DNA of 64,000 nucleotides, taken from the IMG/VR virus record IMGVR_UViG_3300034117_001582, positions 1 through 64,000 of that record. The stretch is one strand, 5' to 3'. The notes beneath the pieces were generated by a model. That model was given only the letters and a program-made list of their open reading frames with translations. It was not told where the DNA came from and ran no database searches. This document shows, piece by piece, positions 18,432 to 28,097 of this stretch (within the stretch, counting starts at the first letter, position 1; every line of letters starts with the position of its first letter). The position numbers and the translations under genes are program-made.

Positions 18432-19310
18432 AAAAAACCTGAGATTACAGTTTTTGTAAGTGTCTTTCGAGTCATTATTGTTTCTACTCTTATCCACAGG
18501 ATTTTGTCCCGTAACACTCATTACCGATTGGTTAGACCAATCACCCCTTGACGATACAACTACTCTCTTACTACTCCTGTCTCCCCAAGATTGCGTCCTG
18601 GTTCGGTCTTCGACGACCTAGAGATTTTTCATAAAAATACGGTCAAACTTGCGGTTATCACGTTCCACTGACAGCCAGTGAATAGGTGGGTAACTTCCGT
18701 TATATCGTGACGAACACTTTTGCTTTTTAGTTATAAGTTTTACCTTTTCTATAAAAGTTTTTGTGTTGTGGATTAATCAAAGTTGTGGTCCGTCTTAAGC
18801 TTCATTATCTTTTGAATAACAAAATACCAAACAACTTCGTGAAATGTCCCCATTTCAATATTTCAAGACTACTTCGAAACTAACCCCTTGGTAGAAGTCG
18901 GTTAAGGTTAATAACGGCACCACCCGTACATTAACATACCTTTCGGTTTTAAGTACCCTCTGATACTGGAACACGCAATAATGAAATTGGATAACCTCAT
19001 TTTTTGCAATATCCCTACGGGTTATTCCTATTGGTGTTCCCACCTCAAATTGACAACCCACATTGCCAATTCGTCTAATCAGTTTTCCTACAGCGTTGCC
19101 CTCGGTACTCAAGATTAAACGGTATCCCGCTTGTGTACTCAAGTTCGGTTACCCAAACCGCAAATCAGTTACACTTCCGACTCACTTTATCCTACTTTCA
19201 TAGTTTATTTTATGGACTATACACGGCCCAAGACCTTCATGTCAACTACTCTTAAAGAAAGGGGGGTTAATCTCTTACTTAATTCAAGTCGATCACTTCG
19301 ATCGGTTATA
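18432..19310 (-). ncRNA. large structured noncoding RNA, probably GOLLD-like
   Basis: ~0.85 kb GC-elevated region without a credible ORF; many GNRA-capped hairpins on the minus strand; terminal AAAACTGTAATCTCAGGTTTT; own promoter. Confidence 0.75.
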
Positions 19311-19311
19311 A

Positions 19312-19380
19312 TTTCAAAGAACTTTTCGGACTTTTCCGATTTGTTTTACAAAGTTAAGACATTTATTTTAATCTGTCAAG
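19312..19380 (-). promoter_or_regulatory. Bacteroidota-type promoter + boxB-like hairpin + boxA-like element
   Basis: TTG, 20 nt, TAACTTTG (19356-19349); TCGGA-AAAG-TCCGA; GTTCTTTGAAA. Confidence 0.75.
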
Positions 19381-19397
19381 TACCTTGTGAACTTTTT

Positions 19398-19541
19398 TTA
19401 ATTTTTTTCTACAAACACATCATCAGTTCCGTATTTGTTAGCCTGTGCAGTTGCAAATTCAGCACTTGGCGTATAATACTTTTTCCCGTCAGACCCATAG
19501 TAAGAAAATATTAAATTTTCAACAACTAATGTTTCACTCAT
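19398..19541 (-). CDS. small hypothetical protein (47 aa, not in ORF track)
   Basis: MSETLVVENLIFSYYGSDGKKYYTPSAEFA... Confidence 0.55.
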   Translation of the reverse strand: MSETLVVENLIFSYYGSDGKKYYTPSAEFATAQANKYGTDDVFVEKN

Positions 19542-19747
19542 AAAAAGAGTTTTTTTTAAAGGTTAATATTTCAATTAATTAATTAGGACATTTCCTAATT
19601 GTTTTACAAATCTAATACTATTATTTTGATTTGTCAAACAACCGGTAAAAAAATTTTGATTTTTTGAGGGTATATATAAATATACGTCTGTTAACCAAAA
19701 AAACACAAATTATTATTTTTTTTTAATTTTTTTAGGTATTTATTAGT

Positions 19748-20104
19748 ATGAATCTTTTCATTAATGATAATATGTTTAAATGTAAAGTTTGCGTTACACC
19801 AAACTCAATTACAGATGGGATGAAAAATAAAACATTCAACATGAATTTTAATGGTATGTTTTTCATTATGCCAAACAAATCTCAACAATCGTTTTGGATG
19901 TATGAATGTATAACACCATTAGATATTGTTATGATTGATGGTGATACTATTACAAAAATACATCATAATTGCTTACCTTGTGAGGTTGAGACCTCTTGTG
20001 AAGAATACTCTGGTTATGGTAATTACATATTAGAACTTCAAGGAGGTACCTGTCATGACTCTAATATCAAAGAGGGTGACCTTATTAGTACTACCCTTTA
20101 TTAA
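19748..20104 (+). CDS. DUF192 family protein
   Basis: GMFF..FWM...PLDIV...YILELQGG. Confidence 0.8.
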   Translation: MNLFINDNMFKCKVCVTPNSITDGMKNKTFNMNFNGMFFIMPNKSQQSFWMYECITPLDIVMIDGDTITKIHHNCLPCEVETSCEEYSGYGNYILELQGGTCHDSNIKEGDLISTTLY

Positions 20105-21671
20105 TATAATCATTTAAAACTTTAACGAATTCTTGTTGTATCGCTTTGGTTAATTGAACATAAGATGTGATATTATCCGTAGCGACTACTTGAGTATTTG
20201 TCCCTTCTTTTTCTATTTGTCTCATTGCCGCAAGTATTTGTGGGTCAGATAGTCTTTTATATTTAGATAATTTTGATTTAATATCTTTTACAAAACTATT
20301 ATTACCTTTGTAATCACTAATAACCGTTAATCTATTATCGTCATACACAACCACCGCTTCTTTTTTATTTCTATGTAGATAACTAATACCTGAAATGTTT
20401 GTAATACATTTATGTCCACCTGAATTAGCATTAATAACATCCCAACCATTAACCGTAATTCTATCCAATAAGTCTTTTTGTTTGTCTGTTAAATTTCTAT
20501 AAAGTTTTTCAGAAATATTACCAATAATGGTTAATAGCTTATCATCGGCGTTTGCGTTAAATGATTCTCTACTTCCATATATGGCAATTAAATCTTTTAG
20601 TGTGAACCCAACTGACTCGTATTCGGCTTGTATTTCAGATAGTCTTTTAAGTGTTCCAAATGTAATCTTCATTCCTTTTAATTCACTTTCAAATTTACCC
20701 AATACTTCATTTTTCATTTCACCTAAATCAATACCCTTTAACGCCCTATCCTCTTTGAATGGGTTACAAGAAGCTTGTACTAATCCTAATGGCCAAGCAA
20801 TAACTATAAAGTCAGCATCGGGATTGTTTTTAAATGGTGTATATCTATCATAAGAACCTGGTTTAATCATAGACCCACCACCGTACTGTACAATAATACT
20901 ACCCACTCTTGTTACGTTTGGATTCTCTTTTTGTTTTTCAATATAATTTGCTTGGTTTTTAACCAAATCTTCAGTACTTGCATACCCTTTAGTTGATATT
21001 TGTTTTTTAATATTATTTAAAATACTTAAAAGTGATGGCTGAGCATTTAATACTATCTGTTCTAAAAACTCTGGTTTGTTTTTAAATGCCAATAATAATT
21101 TATTTGCAACCAATCCCATTAAAAACTTGTTTGATTTTAAACTACTATCCTTATCAAATTTAAGTAAGTAATTCATAACCATTTCAGGTGATATTTTGTT
21201 AACCGCAAAATTTGCAGAGTCTACCGTCGATATGATATTAATATCTTCTGTTGGAAATATGTCTTTTGGTGATACAATTTGTGATATTGTTTCTATGTTT
21301 GATCTTGAAGATTTAAAACTTGTGGCGGTTTCTGGTTCAACACCAGCTTGTGTATCGTGGTGGTCAGTATGAATAACAAACATGGGTTTACCGTGAGCAA
21401 AATCAACCAAAACCGGCATCACATCACCACTAGCATCAGGTTTCTTAACTGAAAATTCTTTATCTCCGTATTGGATAACCTCAGCATCAACCACTTTAAT
21501 CCCGTAGTTTTCTAAATAACTTTTCATTCCTATCGCAGTGGTAACACCATCTAAATCTTGATGAAAATAAATTTTAGCCTTTTTGTAACGTTTTGATAAT
21601 TCATTAATATTTCTAATCCCCGATTCGTTAAGCAATCGTTTGTACTGTGATTCCGTTATTACCATTTTCAT
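20091..21671 (-). CDS. DHH-family phosphoesterase with N-terminal leader
   Basis: FHQDLDG, VDFAH, TDHH, SGGH motifs. Confidence 0.8.
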   Translation of the reverse strand: MKMVITESQYKRLLNESGIRNINELSKRYKKAKIYFHQDLDGVTTAIGMKSYLENYGIKVVDAEVIQYGDKEFSVKKPDASGDVMPVLVDFAHGKPMFVIHTDHHDTQAGVEPETATSFKSSRSNIETISQIVSPKDIFPTEDINIISTVDSANFAVNKISPEMVMNYLLKFDKDSSLKSNKFLMGLVANKLLLAFKNKPEFLEQIVLNAQPSLLSILNNIKKQISTKGYASTEDLVKNQANYIEKQKENPNVTRVGSIIVQYGGGSMIKPGSYDRYTPFKNNPDADFIVIAWPLGLVQASCNPFKEDRALKGIDLGEMKNEVLGKFESELKGMKITFGTLKRLSEIQAEYESVGFTLKDLIAIYGSRESFNANADDKLLTIIGNISEKLYRNLTDKQKDLLDRITVNGWDVINANSGGHKCITNISGISYLHRNKKEAVVVYDDNRLTVISDYKGNNSFVKDIKSKLSKYKRLSDPQILAAMRQIEKEGTNTQVVATDNITSYVQLTKAIQQEFVKVLNDYINKG

Positions 21672-21705
21672 AATAATAAATACTCTATAAAGTAAAAAAT
21701 CCCAT

Positions 21706-22557
21706 TTATGAAAATGGGATTTCTTGTATTTGACCTAACGTTTTAAAATATTCAACTCTTGTTTTGGCAATTTCTACATAATTTGGTGATAACTCAATGC
21801 CCAACCATCTACGACCCAATATCTCTGCAGCCACCAAACTTGTTCCTGATCCAGCAAATGGGTCTAATACTACATCGTTTTTGTAGGACAATATTTTAAT
21901 CGCCTTTGTTGGGATGTCCATTGAGAAGGTCGCCTTGGTGAGTGATTTAGTATCTGCAAAGTAATTCCACTGACCAAACACAAGTTCCATAAACTCTTTC
22001 TTATCTGTCTCTTCATATACAATTTTTTTCTTTAATGACCCATCTTCCTGTTCAATGTCAGTAGGTGTCCCTTTCCACTGAGGTTCTCCTTTAACCTTTT
22101 TAATGTGGTGTTTTTTGTATGCTAAGATTACACACTCCTTAGGATTATAAATGTATGGGCTTGATGGACTCATCCAAGAACCCCAAGCAGTTGTTTTACT
22201 TCGGTGTGGTGATTGTTCCTCAAGGTCGACAATCCCAAAGAACCCATAACCAATTTCTTTCATTATTTGCCACATCTCAGAAACAAAGAAAATTCTTCCA
22301 CCTTTCTTTTGACGATTAATCTCATAGGGTATGTTCAACGCAATTCTTCCATCGTCTTTTAATAATCTATATGCCTCACTTAACCAATTTTTGGCAAACT
22401 CAACATACTCGTTAAATTCAACATCATCCTCATGTACATCGTACGCAATTCCAACACCATAAGGTGGGGATGTTACAATTAAATCCACAGACCCTTCTGG
22501 TAATGTTTTCATTACCTCAACACAATCTCCGTTTATTATTTTTCCTGTTTCTATCAT
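21706..22557 (-). CDS. DNA methyltransferase, N4-C/N6-A beta class
   Basis: TSPPY before DPFAGSGT. Confidence 0.92.
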   Translation of the reverse strand: MIETGKIINGDCVEVMKTLPEGSVDLIVTSPPYGVGIAYDVHEDDVEFNEYVEFAKNWLSEAYRLLKDDGRIALNIPYEINRQKKGGRIFFVSEMWQIMKEIGYGFFGIVDLEEQSPHRSKTTAWGSWMSPSSPYIYNPKECVILAYKKHHIKKVKGEPQWKGTPTDIEQEDGSLKKKIVYEETDKKEFMELVFGQWNYFADTKSLTKATFSMDIPTKAIKILSYKNDVVLDPFAGSGTSLVAAEILGRRWLGIELSPNYVEIAKTRVEYFKTLGQIQEIPFS

Positions 22558-22561
22558 ATTC

Positions 22562-22768
22562 TTATTTTATACTCTCTAAAAAATCCCATACTTCATTTGA
22601 AAACTCTTCATATAGGTCCCCATCCTCATCATCCGATAAGTCAACAATGTATTCATCCACACAAAAATCCACAATTATTTCGTGCACTTCACCAAGTGTT
22701 TGTTCCTCATTTTTTAACCCTTCATATTGATTTAGGATATGGTTTTTTTGTTCTTCTGTTAGTTTCAT
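22562..22768 (-). CDS. acidic hypothetical protein
   Basis: ORF in run. Confidence 0.6.
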   Translation of the reverse strand: MKLTEEQKNHILNQYEGLKNEEQTLGEVHEIIVDFCVDEYIVDLSDDEDGDLYEEFSNEVWDFLESIK

Positions 22769-22909
22769 TTTTTTTAATTTAAAATCAGTACCACTAATAC
22801 AATGACTACTACGATTATTGACATAATAACCGAATAACCAAAGACTTTATTGTTTCTTTCTACTTGTTCTCTAGTTCTACCTTGCCATTCGTTTGGATTC
22901 CAATCCATA

Positions 22910-23188
22910 TTAGACATTTTTTTCTAAATTATCAATATGGTGTTGAAGATACCACATCGCTTTCTTAAGGTCCTCCAATTCTTTTTCTTTATTTTTCTTT
23001 CCTGCTCTTGAAATATACTTAACCGTATTACCCAAAGAAAATCCTAAGTCCCAAGCATCAATAACCTTGATTGCCTCGTATTCATTATTTTCTCCTCCGT
23101 AATGTTGTGGATGGTTTATTTGTTCTATTTTTGGTGGGGGACACTGACAAAGTCCGGCGCCACCACATATACATTCTTGTTCCATCAT
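22910..23188 (-). CDS. DUF3310 family protein
   Basis: INHPQHY...GNTVKYISRAGKK..EDLKKAMWYL. Confidence 0.88.
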   Translation of the reverse strand: MMEQECICGGAGLCQCPPPKIEQINHPQHYGGENNEYEAIKVIDAWDLGFSLGNTVKYISRAGKKNKEKELEDLKKAMWYLQHHIDNLEKNV

Positions 23189-24312
23189 TCTTCTCTATAT
23201 TCTTTTAACAATTCTTCATTTGACATTGTACCAAACTTCTGATTTAAACCTTCTGTTTTAACATTTTTAGTCATCATATGTTTAACCTCATAGATTTGTT
23301 CGGCAGTATCTAAAGATGTTACAATTTCTTTAATAATTTTATATGGATTGGCATTTGATCCAGGTCTTCTGTCCTCAACATATCCTTTCCATTCTTTTGC
23401 CGTGTCTTGTGGTACACGAATAGACGCTCCACGATCAGACACACCCCAACTGAACGTATCAATCGATTGTGTTTCAAAATCACCAGTAAGTCGTAAATCA
23501 TTATTAGAACCATACGCTTTAATGTGTTCTTGGTGTCTTGACCCAAATGAATTAAATATTGATAAAAAATATTCGTATCCTCCTTTATTTCTCATTCTAT
23601 CATTTGAAAAGTTGGTGTGAAGTCCTGAACCATTCCATTCACCATAAATTAATGGTTTTGGATGAAGCTCAATATGATAACCATATTTTTCAGAAATCTT
23701 ATAAAGGAAATATCTACTCATCCATAAGTCATCCCCACCTTTTAATTTACCTTTTGAAAATACTTGATATTCCCATTGACCTAACGCAACTTCAGCATTT
23801 GTTCCGGTAATGTCAATTTTATGGTCTAAACACACATTTAAATGTTCTTCAACAAAATCACGACCAACCGCATTATGACCAACACCACAATAATATTTTC
23901 CTTGTCCTTCAAGTAATCTTCTATCGTGACCTAAAACATTACCTCCAGTTTCGTTATATATGAAATATTCTTGTTCAAAACCAAACCATAAATCTTCTTG
24001 TTCTTTATTAAGGGGAGCCCTATGATTTGATTTATGTGGTATATTATCAGAATCCATTACCTCACAAAACACATAAAGAACACTTTTTTCTAATGGAAAA
24101 GAATTTGATTTATAGAGTCTAACAGGTTTTAATAAACAATCTGACTTACCTGTCTCTGCCTGATTAGTTGATGACCCATCAAAATTCCATATAGGAAAAT
24201 CTTCAATTTTTAAGGTCTTAATTGATTCGTATTCAACAATCTTAACTTTACTTCTAAGATTTGGCTCCGGTTTATATCCGTCGAGCCACACGTATTCTAA
24301 CACAACTTTCAT
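23185..24312 (-). CDS. glnII: glutamine synthetase, type II
   Basis: EYVWLDG, WNFDGSST, GFEQEY, NAEVALGQWEYQ, WNGSGLHTNFS, DRGASIR, EDRRP. Confidence 0.93.
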   Translation of the reverse strand: MKVVLEYVWLDGYKPEPNLRSKVKIVEYESIKTLKIEDFPIWNFDGSSTNQAETGKSDCLLKPVRLYKSNSFPLEKSVLYVFCEVMDSDNIPHKSNHRAPLNKEQEDLWFGFEQEYFIYNETGGNVLGHDRRLLEGQGKYYCGVGHNAVGRDFVEEHLNVCLDHKIDITGTNAEVALGQWEYQVFSKGKLKGGDDLWMSRYFLYKISEKYGYHIELHPKPLIYGEWNGSGLHTNFSNDRMRNKGGYEYFLSIFNSFGSRHQEHIKAYGSNNDLRLTGDFETQSIDTFSWGVSDRGASIRVPQDTAKEWKGYVEDRRPGSNANPYKIIKEIVTSLDTAEQIYEVKHMMTKNVKTEGLNQKFGTMSNEELLKEYREE

Positions 24313-24491
24313 TCGTTTTCTATTATATATTGGATTATTTGTTCTTTTGATTTTCCTTGATTGAATAAACGATAAACGTCTCTTGAGAATTCGTCCTTGG
24401 TAAGGACAGCGTCAGCATCAAGGTATTCCATGATTCTGTCTAAGTTTTTAAGTATATTTTCTTTACAAAGAAACCTTTTGTTGAATCCCAT
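24309..24491 (-). CDS. hypothetical protein
   Basis: MGFNKR.. small ORF coupled to the GS gene. Confidence 0.6.
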   Translation of the reverse strand: MGFNKRFLCKENILKNLDRIMEYLDADAVLTKDEFSRDVYRLFNQGKSKEQIIQYIIENE

Positions 24492-24631
24492 TTTTTGCGT
24501 CTTTAATTTTTTTCACTCCATTAATGAACTCTCTAACTTTTTTACCCAATTCTGCATCGTTTGGATGTTCTTTCATTAACTCTTTAATAACTTGATATAC
24601 GTCTAATTCCATAATATTTAAATTTAAACGA

Positions 24632-25381
24632 TTAATCTCTTTTTGTCAAATTTTTGTTCTTAATTAATTTAGATTGTATCATATAATTCATCACCTTTCT
24701 TTTTGAAATTGGTAATAATGTTTCTTTAAATGGAAATTGTTCTGTATGATGAACTTTAAATACTATTAAATTTTTATGAATTTTAGGGTCATTTATATTT
24801 TTTATTAATGGTCTTTTAACTTCTAATAACTTTTCTTCAAAATTATCTTCTTCACACTCACACACTTTTTTAATAACGCATTTTGTTTCTATCACCCCTT
24901 TTTTAATTGGTTTAATCATAAACTCATAAAGATGTGTTAATCCATTATGTTTAATAAAAAATAAACCTTCTTTCGGTTCTATATTTTTTGGATTTTGTAT
25001 CGGTTCTATAGAAATGGAGTCGTTAGCAACGTCCCATAACGCTTTTGCTTGATTAAAGAAGTCTTTGATTCTATCGTTTGAATATAAACACACTTTATAA
25101 ATTTCAAGTATTTCTTCTTTTGTGAATAACGGTAGACTATTTGCCAATAAATCAGAAATCAATATCTCATCATCAGGATCTTTAAGCAACCTAGTAAGTG
25201 TTAAGTACTGACCCTTTTCTGTAATAAGGTTAAGACTAGCAAGGTGTAATGAAATTTGTTGAAAATTAGGATATAACTTCAAATTTTGAAGTTGTTTATC
25301 CATTTTTTGTAGAAAATCTAATAGGACGTATTGTTTGTGTTCAAAATCAATAGGTTCCTGAAATACCCAATCTGTGTTCAT
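24632..25381 (-). CDS. hypothetical protein
   Basis: 249 aa; IDFEHKQYVLLDFLQ...LYP motif. Confidence 0.75.
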   Translation of the reverse strand: MNTDWVFQEPIDFEHKQYVLLDFLQKMDKQLQNLKLYPNFQQISLHLASLNLITEKGQYLTLTRLLKDPDDEILISDLLANSLPLFTKEEILEIYKVCLYSNDRIKDFFNQAKALWDVANDSISIEPIQNPKNIEPKEGLFFIKHNGLTHLYEFMIKPIKKGVIETKCVIKKVCECEEDNFEEKLLEVKRPLIKNINDPKIHKNLIVFKVHHTEQFPFKETLLPISKRKVMNYMIQSKLIKNKNLTKRD

Positions 25382-25431
25382 TAAAACTTTTAATTAAAAA
25401 TAGGATATATTATATAACAGTAAATAAAATA

Positions 25432-26640
25432 TTAATTATGTCTCATTACGTGATACCATTTATCATTCACCTTAATCTCATTATCGGCACCATCATACCC
25501 ATTAAGAATTTCTCCGTAATCACTGTCTCGTAATATGTCTTCACAAACTCCATCAATATCAACAAATTCTAAAAGATATTTAGAATCAAATCCCATATCT
25601 TCTAAATAACTTGGGAAATCTCTAGAATTTTCTTCAACAAAATTATCTATCACCTCTTCAATTGTGTCCTCATCATAATCCCCTTCAGGGTCTTCTTTAA
25701 TTTCTTCAATAATATCTTCTATACTTGTTATTTCCTCTTCAATTTCTTCAGTTTCTTCATCAGTTAATTCTTCATTTTCCAATTTATAATTTAACCTTTC
25801 TATTTTTTGAGTATAAATTACAACGTACTTTTCTTGTTGTTGTGAAAGTTCTTTTTCTATCCCATAAGCATCTGGGTCATTTCTTACGGCGTCTTCATGA
25901 ATATCATATAACCAACTTCTGACTTGCACCATATCTAAATTATTCTCCCAAACACTTGTTCCAAAGGCTTCATAACCTAAATCTTCAATATCAGATTTAA
26001 TTTTTTCATAAGCCGCTGATTCAATATCATCATCAGAATATACAACCCATTCACTTTCAAACAACGAATCACCTAACCATTCAAACATATGACTATTTCC
26101 ATATCCTCCGTATTTTGTTTTATATATGAAATACTTGTCTTCTTTTACCTCTTCCCCATCTTCATTATCGTATGTTCCAATCTCCCTATTTTGGGATAAA
26201 TGGTTATATAACGCTTCGGTTTCATATGAAATATCATCACCATTATTTATGTCCCATTCTTTATTTTCTCTATATTCTTGGAGTTCATTTAATTTTTCTT
26301 TTAGTATTTTTTTTCTTTCGATTTGATACATCGTACTAGCCCAATAGTTTAATCTACCCTTAACTTTATTTTTATCAAAATATGTTATATTTGTGTATCC
26401 AATATCTAAATCCCCGTCAACATAATCAATACTATCAATGTTTGATACCGTTTTATTACTACTCAAGTCTAATTTACCGGTAATTTTAATTTTCTTACCT
26501 CTATAATCAGGTAACCGTTTAATTAATGCTCCGTCACCATTAACGTATTTTAATAAATCGATATAATCTTCAGGTGCGATATCAACCCACTCTTCTGACT
26601 GTTCTAATACCATATTTTTAATAATATTTTTTATTGACAT
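25432..26640 (-). CDS. acidic leader-bearing hypothetical protein
   Basis: start MSIKNIIKNMVLEQ after TATTTAT. Confidence 0.75.
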   Translation of the reverse strand: MSIKNIIKNMVLEQSEEWVDIAPEDYIDLLKYVNGDGALIKRLPDYRGKKIKITGKLDLSSNKTVSNIDSIDYVDGDLDIGYTNITYFDKNKVKGRLNYWASTMYQIERKKILKEKLNELQEYRENKEWDINNGDDISYETEALYNHLSQNREIGTYDNEDGEEVKEDKYFIYKTKYGGYGNSHMFEWLGDSLFESEWVVYSDDDIESAAYEKIKSDIEDLGYEAFGTSVWENNLDMVQVRSWLYDIHEDAVRNDPDAYGIEKELSQQQEKYVVIYTQKIERLNYKLENEELTDEETEEIEEEITSIEDIIEEIKEDPEGDYDEDTIEEVIDNFVEENSRDFPSYLEDMGFDSKYLLEFVDIDGVCEDILRDSDYGEILNGYDGADNEIKVNDKWYHVMRHN

Positions 26641-26727
26641 ATAATATAAATACTTTCCATTTACAAATGATACTTTTATAGTTATCAAATATTTATATAA
26701 CAAATAAACTTATTAAAATTTTTAATC

Positions 26728-26862
26728 ATGGGATGCGGATGTAAAAAAGGTCAAGAAACAACACAACCACAACAACCAGCTCAAACACAACAACAACAAA
26801 ATAATGAGACGGTAAAACAAGCGGTTACAAAAATTGTAGAGAAATATTACAAGAAGAAATAA
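26728..26862 (+). CDS. 44-aa peptide MGCGCKK..., Gln-rich (not in ORF track)
   Basis: clean ORF with upstream TATTTAT. Confidence 0.7.
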   Translation: MGCGCKKGQETTQPQQPAQTQQQQNNETVKQAVTKIVEKYYKKK

Positions 26863-26936
26863 TAATTTTGTTTAAGTGTTTAACTTAAAATATATTTTCA
26901 ATAGTATTAATAAAAATAAACACTAATAAAAACAAA

Positions 26937-27818
26937 ATGAATTATATTGAATTCTATAATTTTTTAGATGGTAAGAATCTATGTAACATATTTGCAAACC
27001 TGATCGTAAAAGAAATTAACAATAAACTTCCTGACGCTAAAACTGATATTTCGGTAATTAACGTCAGGAATTTTTTTATTGTAAAAGGTACAACAACATA
27101 TAACGAAGTAATAAACTTAGCCGAGTTATTTCAAAATTACTTAAAAAAATATGATACGGAACTATCTAATAAAGTAAGAGTTATTGATTCTATACTATAT
27201 AACAAAGTGGTCGACCAAGAACCATTAAACCTTAAAGAGGTTTTTATTAAATCACAAGAAAAAAAATACCAATCCCTACAACAAAAATTAAATAAGTACA
27301 CCGAAGAAAAAGTGTATTTTAATTTTAAATTACAAGAAAGAACTAATCACGTTTATTATGATTGTTCATCAGAACAACTTTCAACCGTCATTACTATTTT
27401 AGAAGAACAATTCCCTGAATACGTTTTAGTAAAATCTGATTTTTCACAAGAAATTTATATATCAGATAAAGTATACGGATTATCAAATAATAACAGACTA
27501 TACCATTTCCTATTGTGGTCAATTAAAAATCACATATTTGAACTTGGAATTAGTAAAAAATTAGATGTGTCCTTATATTCTGACGTTAATATTAATGAAA
27601 TGAATAATTTAACCGTTAATTTTGTTTTACATAATGATAATCATATTGTTAAAACAGAATGGTTAGAGTCGTTAGTTTTAGATGTGTTCCCATTTGATGT
27701 TGAGTCACTAAACACTAAATTTGGAGATATAGAAGATTTAGAAGAACTTATAATGGGTACCGATGAATCATACCCATTTAAACAATTAAGTTACTTAAAC
27801 GACTTTATTTTACTTTAA
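26937..27818 (+). CDS. degenerate S-adenosylmethionine synthetase (MetK)-fold protein
   Basis: by-eye gapless pattern match to MetK N- and C-terminal domains; catalytic HPD and E absent. Confidence 0.55.
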   Translation: [293 protein letters not shown]

Positions 27819-28097
27819 AAGGTAGTCTTTAACTAACTCCACCCCTTCAAATATGTCTTGGTAGTCTCTATCAGGTGCAAGTAATTTAACATTATGAGCA
27901 TTATCACTGTCATCTAAAGTTAATAACATTAATGCTGGAACATATTCATTTTCAACAACTTTCACAAACTCATCATACTCCTCTTCGTATTCTTGAATAT
28001 CTCTTTCAATGAATGTTATTTTATTTTTTTTAAGTTCTTCTTTGATATGTACACAATGTGGACAACCTTTCATTGTGTAGACTACTGCAATTTTCAT
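27810..28097 (-). CDS. glutaredoxin-like protein
   Basis: YTMKGCPHC, YVP. Confidence 0.88.
   Translation of the reverse strand: MKIAVVYTMKGCPHCVHIKEELKKNKITFIERDIQEYEEEYDEFVKVVENEYVPALMLLTLDDSDNAHNVKLLAPDRDYQDIFEGVELVKDYLLK

Noticed and set aside
18432-19310. RNase P RNA, tmRNA or a self-splicing intron
   Set aside because: No GAGGAAAGTCC, no tRNA-like ends or tag reading frame, no interrupted host gene and no recognisable domain V.
18354-19514. ORFs 18354..18551, 18855..19142 and 19131..19514
   Set aside because: They have atypical composition and overlap the structured RNA and its promoter; likely spurious.
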